52,642 nt of DNA from Nitrospiraceae bacterium (GTDB lineage Bacteria; Nitrospirota; Nitrospiria; Nitrospirales; Nitrospiraceae), in the NCBI GenBank assembly GCA_037442105.1, contig JBBIQV010000018.1, positions 1 to 52,642 on the forward strand. Direction: 5' to 3'. The notes below the pieces were generated by a model. The model saw only the letters and a list, made by a program, of their open reading frames with translations. It searched no databases and had not been told where the DNA came from. A program made the position numbers and the translations under genes. Positions 16,582 through 25,039 of the stretch are shown here, piece after piece. The first letter of the stretch is position 1; each line of letters opens with the position of its first letter.

Positions 16582-17754
16582 CGCATTCAGCGGTTGGATC
16601 TGCACGGGCGTGCCTTCATGGACCAGATCTTTGCCGGACACGATGACCTGCTCGTCTCCCGCAAGTCCCTTCGTGACTTCGATCCGGTTCTCGACGCGGC
16701 TGCCCACTTCGACCGGGACTTGGTGTGCCTTACCGTCGCGCACGACATACACGTATTGCAGGTCTTCCAACCGGCTCAGGGCATCGAGCGGAACCTGGAT
16801 GGCATTGGGATGTTTGGCTACGAGGACTTCCACCCGCGCGAACATACCCCCCTTCAGGAAGTGGTCCGGGTTGGGCAGGTCAACCTCCACCGTCATGGTG
16901 CGCGTGGCGCGATTCAGGGCTTGGACGACGCGGGTCACCTGGCCGTCAAACACACGGTCGGGATAGGCCTCGGCTCGGATTTCCGCTCGCTGCCCGATCT
17001 TCACCAGCGGCACGTCTTTTTCGACCACTTCGATGAGCGTACGCACGGTTTCAATGTCGTGCAAGCTGAGGATGCCCCGTGAGAACGTAGAAGTGCTGGC
17101 GGTCGCCCCGCTGACATAGGCGCCGGGGTCCAGGTTTCGTTCGGCGATATAGCCGGCGAACGGAGCGCGAATGTACGAGTAGGCCAGATTGGTCTCAGCC
17201 TGGGCCAGCGCCACCTCCATCTGCTTCACCTGGGCGTGCAACGAGTCCCACTGCGCGGTGGCGGCGTCGTAGTTGACCTGGGCATTGTCGAGGTCTTGCT
17301 GCGAGACGAACTGGTCCTTAATCAGCGCCTGCATGCGATCCAGCGTCAGCTTGGCGTTCCGGACGTTCGCATCTTGCTGGGCGACCTTCGCGCGCGCTGC
17401 GGCCAGGTTGGCCTTCGCCTGGTTGACCGCGTGGACGTAGTCGGTATGGTCGATCTCGACGAGCAGTTGGTTGGCCGCTGCCCAGTCGCCCTTGTCCACG
17501 TGGAGCTTGGAGATGTAGCCATCGACGCGGGAAAACAGAGTGACCTGCTGGTTGGGGGTGATGTCGGCTGTGTAAGCGAGCCGGACATCGAGGTCCTGGC
17601 GGAGCGGTGCCATCGTCCCCACGGTGATGATCCGCCCTTTGCGTCCATCGTTCTTGGCCCCGTTGCTCGATAGGCGGAACATGACGAGCGCTACCACGGC
17701 GAAGAAAATGATCACGCCGAGGACGACAATGGGATGACGAGTCACGCTGCTCAT
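16564..17754 (-). CDS. RND periplasmic adaptor (membrane fusion protein)
   Basis: N-terminal TM, SRVDGYI...VDKGD, coiled coil, IRAPFAGYI, LKGGMFARV. Confidence 0.95.
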   Translation of the reverse strand: MSSVTRHPIVVLGVIIFFAVVALVMFRLSSNGAKNDGRKGRIITVGTMAPLRQDLDVRLAYTADITPNQQVTLFSRVDGYISKLHVDKGDWAAANQLLVEIDHTDYVHAVNQAKANLAAARAKVAQQDANVRNAKLTLDRMQALIKDQFVSQQDLDNAQVNYDAATAQWDSLHAQVKQMEVALAQAETNLAYSYIRAPFAGYIAERNLDPGAYVSGATASTSTFSRGILSLHDIETVRTLIEVVEKDVPLVKIGQRAEIRAEAYPDRVFDGQVTRVVQALNRATRTMTVEVDLPNPDHFLKGGMFARVEVLVAKHPNAIQVPLDALSRLEDLQYVYVVRDGKAHQVPVEVGSRVENRIEVTKGLAGDEQVIVSGKDLVHEGTPVQIQPLNAVMRDG

Positions 17755-17809
17755 GGCAATGATTTGCTGCCCCTAGCGCGCATTATTCATGACGGTTCGT
17801 CGCGAAATC

Positions 17810-17887
17810 AGCGAATAGCCAGTAGCGCATAGCTCAAGAGGGCTTCCTTGTCGCCGGCTGTTCGCTGCTCGCTGTTCGCTACTAGCT
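17810..17887. repeat. Heptamer-repeat inverted array (AGCNNNY type)
   Basis: AGCGAAT AGCCAGT AGCGCAT AGCTCAA ... GTTCGCT GCTCGCT GTTCGCT ACTAGCT. Confidence 0.8.
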
Positions 17888-17917
17888 GCTCATTTTGGGC
17901 GATTGCAGCAGAAGTGC

Positions 17918-18562
17918 TCATGAATCATGCGCGCTTGTGCGCGGCGACTGAGTTGCTCGCAGGCCGCCGAGAAACAAGCTGACGTATTCTGTGACGGTGT
18001 CGGCATGATTTCGGTGCATCGGCAAGCCGAAAATGTCGTGCAGCAGCCGGTGGTGGACAATGACGCCGAAGAACGCTCTGGCCGCCAGCAATGGGTCCAC
18101 GACGCGGAAGGCGCCATCCTCGATGCGCCGGCTGATATAGCCGGCAAGCAGGTCATAGAAGATACGGTACTGCCGCCGGAAAAACATGTCGGACATTTCG
18201 TGCCCTTCCAGCGCGCTGAACAGCAGCAGGCGGAGCAGGGTGGGATCGGCGCCCTTGCGGATGCGATAGCTGGCGAGCAGGGTGAACAGCCGCTCGTCGT
18301 CCCTTTTCTTCGCCGCTTCTTCGACGGCCTCAAGCAGCTCCGAGAACTGCGCCTTCTCCGCCAGGATCGCGCTGTACAACGCTCGCTTGGTCGGAAAGTG
18401 TTTGAACAGCAGTGCCTCGCTGACGCCGGCGGTCTTGGCGATCTCTTTCGTCGTCGTTCCGCTGAAACCTTTGGCGGCGAACAGCGAAGCAGCGGTAGCG
18501 ATGATGCTCGCCTGCCGCTCGTGAGCTGACGTGCGATTGCCGTTCGATTTCTTGGTCTTCAT
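17918..18562 (-). CDS. TetR/AcrR family regulator
   Basis: LFAAKGFSGTTTKEIAKTAGVSEALLFKHFPTKRALY. Confidence 0.95.
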   Translation of the reverse strand: MKTKKSNGNRTSAHERQASIIATAASLFAAKGFSGTTTKEIAKTAGVSEALLFKHFPTKRALYSAILAEKAQFSELLEAVEEAAKKRDDERLFTLLASYRIRKGADPTLLRLLLFSALEGHEMSDMFFRRQYRIFYDLLAGYISRRIEDGAFRVVDPLLAARAFFGVIVHHRLLHDIFGLPMHRNHADTVTEYVSLFLGGLRATQSPRTSAHDS

Positions 18563-18564
18563 AA

Positions 18565-18603
18565 ATCGGTAAGTGAGTAGTTACTTACCAATCTAAATGT
18601 CAA
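18565..18603 (-). promoter_or_regulatory. Probable TetR operator overlapping its promoter
   Basis: ATCGGTAAGTGA-GTAG-TTACTTACCAAT (10/12 inverted match) directly upstream of the ATG; -35 TTGACA at 18603-18598. Confidence 0.7.
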
Positions 18604-18812
18604 GCTACCATAAGGAAGTTGCGACGGACAAGCTTTTGGAAGGATCCTCTTGGGGCTCCGCGCACCCGTCTCGCGCGGAGTCTTGGCGGTTTCGTCACGA
18701 GCCGTCACGAATAATGTGGGCAAAGTGCTTCGAAAGAGTCCACTTGTGGGGGGGCGTTGCTTGACGCTTCGACGGCGCTTATGCCTCGCTTGTGGGCAAA
18801 GACAAAAAGGAA

Positions 18813-20492
18813 TTACTGCCGGATCTTGGCCCAGGCTTTCTGGTATTCCTCGAAAGAGTCGACTTCCATCCAGCCCTTGAAGATCGGCACGCAATTTACG
18901 TGGTGGCCTCGGTCGATCAATTCCTGGACCATATCGGTGAAGGACGCCTTGAGGATGCCGCCGGACTCGTGGAAGCCTTGCGTCTTGAATTTCTCCAGCG
19001 AGGCCTTGTAGCAGTCCGTCAGGGCCTTGATTCCCTTCTCGGAAAACATGGCCATGCCGATAAATTCGCCGTGGGCCTGTTCGTAGGGGAGGTGCCGGCC
19101 GATTTTGAGGATGCGATTCTCCTGCTCCGGCATCACGAAACGCGAGAGGTAGCTTCTTCCGGGCGGCTCTTGCAGCGTGACCAGGTCGGGGTTGATCGCG
19201 GCGGCGTGCCCCTGCTGGTGCTGCTGGTCATACCAGGCGAGATCGACGACCATCGCGATGTCTGCCGGACTCTTGAGCAGTTTTTCGAGCACCGCAGTCT
19301 CGAAGATGATGTCGCCGTACAGCATGATCGTCCGGCCCCTCATCTCGTTCTCCGCGCAGAAGAGCGAGTGCAGTTCGCCGGTCTCTTCGTACCGGTCGTT
19401 GTCGTAGTAGCGGATGTTGGGAAGGGCGATCGCCTCCTTCTTATACCCGCGCACGAGGGCGATGTCCTTGATGTTGCATTCGTTGAGGGCGGCGACTTGC
19501 CGTTCCAGGATGGTCTTGCCCTTGATGTCCAGTAAACACTTGGGCTTGTCTTCGATCAGCGGCAACAGTTGTTTCTCGAATCCTGCTGCCGCAATGATCG
19601 CCGTGATCTTCTCGCCGCCCACCGGCAGGAAACGTTTCTCGTCTTCCTCCATCTGCGGCACGCCGACGACCTCATACACTTCCTTGAGCTTGACGATCTG
19701 ATCGTTCACCGAGCCCGGCCTCGTGTCCTTTTTGATGACGGCCAAGGCGTCGCGCATGGCCCGGATGCTGGCGCGCACCATCTGATTGGCATAGATCACG
19801 ATCTTGAAGCCGGCGTCCTCCAATTCCGCCGCCGTTACTCCGTCGAAGATCGTGGGGACGACGACCAAGGGCACGCGGCCGGACCAGGCTTTGGCCACGG
19901 TTTTCAATTCATCGAATGTCGGGGATTTCGAGTGGATCAGCACGGCATCCGCACCGGCTTCCGCATAGGCCTCCGCGCGCTTGAGCGCCTCCTCTTGACC
20001 CCAGCCCGCAATCAAGGCTTCCGTTCTGGCGATGACGGCGAAATCGGTAATGGTCTGCGCCGCCTTCGCGGCCTTGATCTTCCCGCAATGTTCTTCGATG
20101 GGGATCAACTCGCGGCGGACACCCGCATAGAAGCTGCAACGCTTCGGGTACACATTGTCTTCGATGCAGATGGCGGCCACGCCGGCTCGTTCCCGGTCGT
20201 TGACGGTGCGCATGACGTTCAGCGCGTTGCCATAACCGGTGTCGCAATCGGCGATGATGGGGATCGTGATCGCCTCGGCCATCCGGCGCTCGACGCCCAA
20301 CTGTTCGCTGGAGTCGATGAAGCTCGCGTCGGGAATGCACTTGAGTGAAGCGGAAATCGCAAACCCGCTGGCCCAGATTGCGTCGAAGCCGGCGAGCTGG
20401 ATGAGTTTCGCGCTCAACGCGTCATGGGCACCGACGGCCTTAATGATGCCGGGGCGGCGGAGCAGTTCGCGTAACTTGGTGGCTGCATGCAT
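18813..20492 (-). CDS. pepM: Phosphoenolpyruvate mutase-like enzyme fused to a C-terminal nucleotidyltransferase-like domain
   Basis: GAHDALSA, WASGF, DCDTGYGN, IEDNVYPKRCSF, ARTEALIAG, GADAVLIHS, VVVPT, VIYANQ; then AIIAAAG...DKPKCLL...GYKKE...YGDIIFE...W.EVDS. Context of decarboxylase and AEP transaminase genes. Catalytic motif is non-canonical. Confidence 0.8.
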   Translation of the reverse strand: MHAATKLRELLRRPGIIKAVGAHDALSAKLIQLAGFDAIWASGFAISASLKCIPDASFIDSSEQLGVERRMAEAITIPIIADCDTGYGNALNVMRTVNDRERAGVAAICIEDNVYPKRCSFYAGVRRELIPIEEHCGKIKAAKAAQTITDFAVIARTEALIAGWGQEEALKRAEAYAEAGADAVLIHSKSPTFDELKTVAKAWSGRVPLVVVPTIFDGVTAAELEDAGFKIVIYANQMVRASIRAMRDALAVIKKDTRPGSVNDQIVKLKEVYEVVGVPQMEEDEKRFLPVGGEKITAIIAAAGFEKQLLPLIEDKPKCLLDIKGKTILERQVAALNECNIKDIALVRGYKKEAIALPNIRYYDNDRYEETGELHSLFCAENEMRGRTIMLYGDIIFETAVLEKLLKSPADIAMVVDLAWYDQQHQQGHAAAINPDLVTLQEPPGRSYLSRFVMPEQENRILKIGRHLPYEQAHGEFIGMAMFSEKGIKALTDCYKASLEKFKTQGFHESGGILKASFTDMVQELIDRGHHVNCVPIFKGWMEVDSFEEYQKAWAKIRQ

Positions 20493-20573
20493 GGCATGCG
20501 CATCATGCGAAAGCCGCCGCGCGCTTGTCAACGAAAAGTTTCTCGTTCTCGTCACGCGGAGATGGCGAGCCGC

Positions 20574-21107
20574 TCAGTACACGGTATCGGAGGCGCCTTC
20601 ATTGAATTTGGGGGAGAGTGTCTGACTTTCGAAGAAAATGATGCCTTGGTCCGTCCGAGCCTCGTAGCGCAGGTTGATTTCGGTCTCGGTCCCTCGCCAG
20701 TTAAAAAACTTCACCGCTCCACCGGCAATTTGGCCGGGCGTCTTGTCCAGCGGTCCATATTTGGTTTGGAAATAGTCGATGATCTGCTTGTGGGTGTCCG
20801 TGCCGTGATAGCGAATCGTGACCCTGCCGAACTGCCCATCGACGGTGAGGAACCGCATGGAGTCCACCTTCGCGGAACCAAGCGGAGGCGGTCCCTGTTT
20901 GAGTTCGTATCCCTTCACGCGAGGGCTGTCTTCCACTAGGGCGAAGTCGGCCGTCTCGGAGAAGGCCGCACCCCAAGGGATACCCTCGAAGCCTTTTGGA
21001 TCATTCTCCATCGGCGTGGCGGAGGTGAGAGATGCAGGAAGCGAGCACAGGGCACCTGCCGCAATGATGGGAAGGAGGAGGAACCGTCGTGAGGATGTCC
21101 AGTGCAT
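20574..21107 (-). CDS. Hypothetical exported protein (paralog of the neighbour)
   Basis: Signal peptide; DPKGFEGIPWGA, GQFGRVTIRY, FNWRGTETEINL. Confidence 0.8.
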   Translation of the reverse strand: MHWTSSRRFLLLPIIAAGALCSLPASLTSATPMENDPKGFEGIPWGAAFSETADFALVEDSPRVKGYELKQGPPPLGSAKVDSMRFLTVDGQFGRVTIRYHGTDTHKQIIDYFQTKYGPLDKTPGQIAGGAVKFFNWRGTETEINLRYEARTDQGIIFFESQTLSPKFNEGASDTVY

Positions 21108-21108
21108 C

Positions 21109-21621
21109 TTACTCCGCTGAGTCTGTTATGTAGTCATTGAACCGTGGCGCGAGGGTACGGCTGTTGAAGAATACGAAGCCGCGCTCGCTATACGCATCGT
21201 AGGTCAAATTGATCTCGGTGTCTGTGCCCTGCCAGTTGAATTGCTGATTCAACCCGCGCACGGTTTGGCCCGGCACCCGTTCCTGCACGCCGAAGTTGCG
21301 CTCGAGGTAGGTCAGGACCTGGTGATGGGTTTTCTCGCCGCGATACCGAATTGTGACACGCGCGAACTGCCCGTTCACCGTCGAAAACAGAATACTGTCC
21401 ATCTCCATCTCAGCGAACTGCGGCGACTTGTTCTTTAATTGATACTCGTCGATGTGTGGCCCGGCGCGCGTCACAGTCAAGTTCTGGTGGTTGACGAGCG
21501 ATGCACCCCACGGGATGTTCTGGAACCCCTTGGGATCGGCGATCATGGTCTCGGCGTCCGTCGGCAAGGCGATGGCGAGCAAAATGTAGAGGCCAATGGC
21601 GGAGGGAACAATCGTTCGCAT
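21109..21621 (-). CDS. Hypothetical exported protein (paralog of the neighbour)
   Basis: AAGGAGAGG RBS, signal peptide; DPKGFQNIPWGA, GQFARVTIRY, FNWQGTDTEINL. Confidence 0.8.
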   Translation of the reverse strand: MRTIVPSAIGLYILLAIALPTDAETMIADPKGFQNIPWGASLVNHQNLTVTRAGPHIDEYQLKNKSPQFAEMEMDSILFSTVNGQFARVTIRYRGEKTHHQVLTYLERNFGVQERVPGQTVRGLNQQFNWQGTDTEINLTYDAYSERGFVFFNSRTLAPRFNDYITDSAE

Positions 21622-21687
21622 TTTCCGCCTCTCCTTGTGCCTGCACGGTAACATGGCCGCCGCATCGAGGCAACTGCCGTCCTTTTG

Positions 21688-21716
21688 TTGAGAATGCTCT
21701 GGTGCTTGGCTATAAT
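21688..21716 (+). promoter_or_regulatory. Sigma70 promoter of the decarboxylase-to-flippase operon
   Basis: TTGAGA-N17-TATAAT. Confidence 0.75.
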
Positions 21717-21738
21717 GCGCTTCGCTTTTTCCGACGAG

Positions 21739-21798
21739 AGCGAACAGCTAATAGCGAATAGCTGGGAGCTACCGGCTGTTCGTGGCTCACTGTTCGCT
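21739..21798. repeat. Heptamer-repeat inverted array in the operon 5' UTR
   Basis: AGCGAAC AGCTAAT AGCGAAT AGCTGGG AGCT ACCGGCT ... GTTCGCT. Confidence 0.75.
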
Positions 21799-21813
21799 TG
21801 GAGCTATGACTTC

Positions 21814-22311
21814 ATGATTGAAAGCGATGCGTTCGTGCAGGCGCTCCAGGACATGGGCGTCAACTTCTTCACCGGCGTCCCGGACTCCATCTTAGGCGGC
21901 ATCATCGCCGAACTGATGGAGCGACGGCTCTACACGCCTGCCGTGCGGGAGGATGAAGCGGTCGGGATGGCGGCCGGTGCCTACATGGCCGGGAAGGTGC
22001 CTGTTGTGCTCATGCAGAACTCCGGGCTCGGCACTTCGCTCAACGTCCTGATTTCTCTGAACCTGATCTATCAGCAGCCCTGTATCCTGATCGTGTCCTG
22101 GCGGGGGTTCCAAGGCAAGGATGCTCCGGAACATCTCGTGATGGGCCAGACGATGACGCAGCTTCTCGATACGATGCGGATTCCCCATCGAACGCTTTCC
22201 GAGAAGACCGCGGTCGAAGATCTCAAGTGGGTGGGCGAGACGTTTATGAAACAGCGGATTCCGGTCGCATTGTTGATCCAGAAAGGTGTCGTGAAGGGGT
22301 TGCACCCGTGA
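21814..22311 (+). CDS. Phosphonopyruvate (or sulfopyruvate) decarboxylase, alpha subunit
   Basis: FFTGVPDS, REDEAVGMAAG, MQNSGLG, WRG...DAPEH..MG. Confidence 0.9.
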   Translation: MIESDAFVQALQDMGVNFFTGVPDSILGGIIAELMERRLYTPAVREDEAVGMAAGAYMAGKVPVVLMQNSGLGTSLNVLISLNLIYQQPCILIVSWRGFQGKDAPEHLVMGQTMTQLLDTMRIPHRTLSEKTAVEDLKWVGETFMKQRIPVALLIQKGVVKGLHP

Positions 22312-22318
22312 CGCTGCG

Positions 22319-22378
22319 AGCCAATAGCGAACAGCGAACAGCGAATAGCTCAGAGCTACTCGCTACCCACTATCCGCT
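22319..22378. repeat. Heptamer-repeat inverted array between the decarboxylase subunits
   Basis: AGCCAAT AGCGAAC AGCGAAC AGCGAAT AGCTCAG AGCT ACTCGCT ACCCACT ATCCGCT. Confidence 0.85.
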
Positions 22379-22387
22379 GGGCAGAAT

Positions 22388-22966
22388 ATGAGACCCGAGG
22401 AAGGGACCATGCAGAGCCGGGCGCAGGCGATGGCGGCGGTGCTCCAGCTCTTGACCGATCAGCCGGTCATCATTTGCAACGGCTTTCCCTCGCGTGAAGC
22501 ATACAAGATTGCCGATCGCCCGACGCACTTCTATATGATCGGGTCGATGGGAGTGGCGGCGGCCATCGGGCTGGGGGTGGCGCTCTCGAAACCCGACAAG
22601 AAGGTGGTGGTCTTCGACGGCGACGGGAACGTCCTGATGGGGATGGGCACGTTGGCGACCGTGGGAGCGATGAAGCCCAAGAACTTCATCCATCTCGTGT
22701 TCGACAATGAAGTCTACGGCAGCACGGGCAATCAGCCGACGATCTCCAACGTGGTTCGTCTCGAACAAGTCGCCAAGGCGGCCGGGTACGTCAATGTGGA
22801 GCGGGTGCGGGAGCGCGAAGATGTGGTGTATGAGTTCAAAGACATACTCAAGAAGGACGGACCGAGCATGCTGCTCATCAAAGTCAATGAGCTGGCCGAG
22901 GATGTGGGCCGGGTGATGCTGGAGCCGCCGGAGATTACGAAACGTTTTATGAAAGCGATCGAGTAA
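22388..22966 (+). CDS. Phosphonopyruvate (or sulfopyruvate) decarboxylase, ThDP-binding beta subunit
   Basis: NGFPSRE, FYMIGSMG, DGDGNVLMG...DNEVYGSTGNQ. Confidence 0.9.
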   Translation: MRPEEGTMQSRAQAMAAVLQLLTDQPVIICNGFPSREAYKIADRPTHFYMIGSMGVAAAIGLGVALSKPDKKVVVFDGDGNVLMGMGTLATVGAMKPKNFIHLVFDNEVYGSTGNQPTISNVVRLEQVAKAAGYVNVERVREREDVVYEFKDILKKDGPSMLLIKVNELAEDVGRVMLEPPEITKRFMKAIE

Positions 22967-22967
22967 G

Positions 22968-23064
22968 GAAGGCAGGGACTGGACTGTTCCTATGCTCCCG
23001 GAGCCCGCACCTCGGAAGGTGCTCGCTCGACGGCCGCAGGGGGAACAGTCCAGTCCCTGCCTTC
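22968..23064. repeat. Structured palindromic element, copy 2: perfect 23-bp inverted arms around the conserved core
   Basis: Arms GAAGGCAGGGACTGGACTGTTCC and GGAACAGTCCAGTCCCTGCCTTC. Core 22993-23039 is homologous to 854-900. Confidence 0.9.
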
Positions 23065-23108
23065 GCGGCCTGTCCAGCATCAGAGAGTGAGAGAGTGAGG
23101 GGGGAAAG

Positions 23109-24203
23109 ATGATTCTGTTGAACCCCGGTCCGGTGAACGTGAGCGAACGGGTGCGGCAGGCGCTGTACCGGCCCGATATCTGCCACCGCGAGTCCGAGTT
23201 CGCGGAGCTGCTGCACGGGATTCAACGGAAGCTGCTGAAAGCGTTCGTCCCCGGCGCGGAGTCCGAGTATGTGGCGGTGGTCTTGGCCGGCTCCGGAACG
23301 GCGGCGGTGGAAGCTTCGATCATGTCCGCGCTGCCGCCCGGCAAGCGCATGACCGTGATCAACAACGGTGTCTATGGCGAGCGCATGGCCGCGATGATCG
23401 GGTTGCATCGTCTGGGCGTGGCGGAGATGAAACTGGAGTGGGGAACCAGGCCGGATCCGGAAAAGCTCCGGCTGACCCTGAGGCAGCATCCGGAAGTGCA
23501 TGCGGTCGCGATGGTGCATCACGAGACGACCACCGGTCTGATCAATCCGGTCAAAGAGATCGCGGAGGTAGTGGATAGCCAGAACCGCGTATTCGTTCTG
23601 GATTCCGTCAGCGGCCTGGGCGGCGAAGCGGTCGATGTGGCGGGGCCGCATATCTACATGGTGGCCGGGACGGCGGGCAAGTGTATCCAAGGATTCCCTG
23701 GCGTATCCTTCGTATTGGTCCGCAAGGGTTTCGTCGAACGAATGAAGACCTATCCCAAACGGTCGATCTACCTCCATCTCACCCATTACATCGATGATCA
23801 GGGGAACGGCACAATTCCCTTCACCCCTGCCGTGCAGCTCTGCTATGCCTTCGATGAGGCGTTGAACGAGCTGCTGGAAGAGGGAGTGGCAAATCGCCAA
23901 CTGCGTTACAGGAAAGCGGCAACGTTGATCCGCCAACGGATGAGCGCGATGGGACTGAAGGCAGTGCTGGCGCCGGAGTTGCAGTCCAACACCATCACCT
24001 CCTACTACTTGCCTGCCGGTCTGAGCTATCAGACGGTGCATGATCGGCTGAAAGAACAGGGGTACGTGATCTACGCAGGACAAGGACAACTCGAGCAGAA
24101 AATCTTTCGGGTAGCGAACATGGGGGCGCTGACCGAACCACAGATCCATGGATTTTTGCAAGCCTTTGAACAGGTCCTCGAACGTGCGGCTGTCCGGACA
24201 TGA
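23109..24203 (+). CDS. phnW: 2-aminoethylphosphonate aminotransferase (PhnW/AepZ-like, class V PLP)
   Basis: LLNPGPV, DICHRESEF, GSGTAAVE, NGVYGERM, HHETTTGLINP, AGKCIQGFPG, PFTPAVQ, GYVIYAGQG, FRVANMG. Confidence 0.9.
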   Translation: MILLNPGPVNVSERVRQALYRPDICHRESEFAELLHGIQRKLLKAFVPGAESEYVAVVLAGSGTAAVEASIMSALPPGKRMTVINNGVYGERMAAMIGLHRLGVAEMKLEWGTRPDPEKLRLTLRQHPEVHAVAMVHHETTTGLINPVKEIAEVVDSQNRVFVLDSVSGLGGEAVDVAGPHIYMVAGTAGKCIQGFPGVSFVLVRKGFVERMKTYPKRSIYLHLTHYIDDQGNGTIPFTPAVQLCYAFDEALNELLEEGVANRQLRYRKAATLIRQRMSAMGLKAVLAPELQSNTITSYYLPAGLSYQTVHDRLKEQGYVIYAGQGQLEQKIFRVANMGALTEPQIHGFLQAFEQVLERAAVRT

Positions 24204-24919
24204 AGGCCGTCATCCTTGCGGCCGGAGTGGGAAAGCGACTCTGGCCGATCACGCAACACAAGCCCAAATGCCTGATCGAGTTCGAGGGGCGCTCGTTGCT
24301 CCACCGGTACTTGGAGAGCTTGGCGAGCCTCGGAGTGAGGCGGGCGACCATCGTCGTCGGGTACAAGCAGGAGATGATTCGCGCGGCGGTGGACGGGAAT
24401 TCTTACGGGGTCTCGGTCGAGTACTTAGTGAACGATCGGTTTCACCGCGGCAGCATCTCTTCCTTATGGATCGCGCGGACATCGTTGGATGACGACGTGA
24501 TCATTATGGACGCTGATGTGCTGTTCCACCGGGAGATCCTGCGTCGCCTGGTCCACTCGTCCTCGCCTAATTGTCTCTTGATGGACGAAACGGTCAAACA
24601 ACGGGGCGAAGAGTGCATGGTGGTGGTGCAAGGCGGGCGCGTGATTGCGCTGACGAAAAAGATGCCGGCGCGGTATGATTATGCCGGAGAAGGAGTCGGG
24701 TTCCTGCGTGTCCGGCACGCGGACGCGCCGGCGGTGATCAACTCACTCAAAGGCTACGTCGATCGCGAGATTTGGGATATGGAATATGAAGACGGCTTGC
24801 TGGAATTCTTCGGTCAGGTGAAAGTGGGGCACGAGAAGATCGGCGGCCTGCCCTGGACGGAGATCGATTTTCCAGAAGACGTCGCGCGCGCGGAGCGCGA
24901 CATTCTGCCGAAACTGTAG
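24200..24919 (+). CDS. LicC/PntC-like (phosphonate) cytidylyltransferase
   Basis: AVILAAGVGKRL...KPKCL, VVGYK, DADVLF, GEGVG, YED, WTEIDFPED. Confidence 0.9.
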   Translation: MKAVILAAGVGKRLWPITQHKPKCLIEFEGRSLLHRYLESLASLGVRRATIVVGYKQEMIRAAVDGNSYGVSVEYLVNDRFHRGSISSLWIARTSLDDDVIIMDADVLFHREILRRLVHSSSPNCLLMDETVKQRGEECMVVVQGGRVIALTKKMPARYDYAGEGVGFLRVRHADAPAVINSLKGYVDREIWDMEYEDGLLEFFGQVKVGHEKIGGLPWTEIDFPEDVARAERDILPKL

Positions 24920-24933
24920 CAACGGGAGAAAAA

Positions 24934-25030
24934 CGTCATCCGTCACACGTCATCCGTCATTCGTGAGAGAAAACTCCGGGTCTTCCCATTGCCGAATTCC
25001 GATTGACGGTTGACCAATGACGATTGACGG
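24934..25030. repeat. Heptamer-repeat inverted array (CGTCANN type)
   Basis: CGTCATC CGTCACA CGTCATC CGTCATT ... ATTGACG GTTGACC AATGACG ATTGACG. Confidence 0.85.
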
Positions 25031-25039
25031 TATTTCAAG

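Noticed and set aside
22947..24161. 404-aa antisense ORF opposite the AEP transaminase, and similar long antisense ORFs opposite pepM, murD and murE
   Set aside because: Antisense shadows from codon bias; no recognisable domains.
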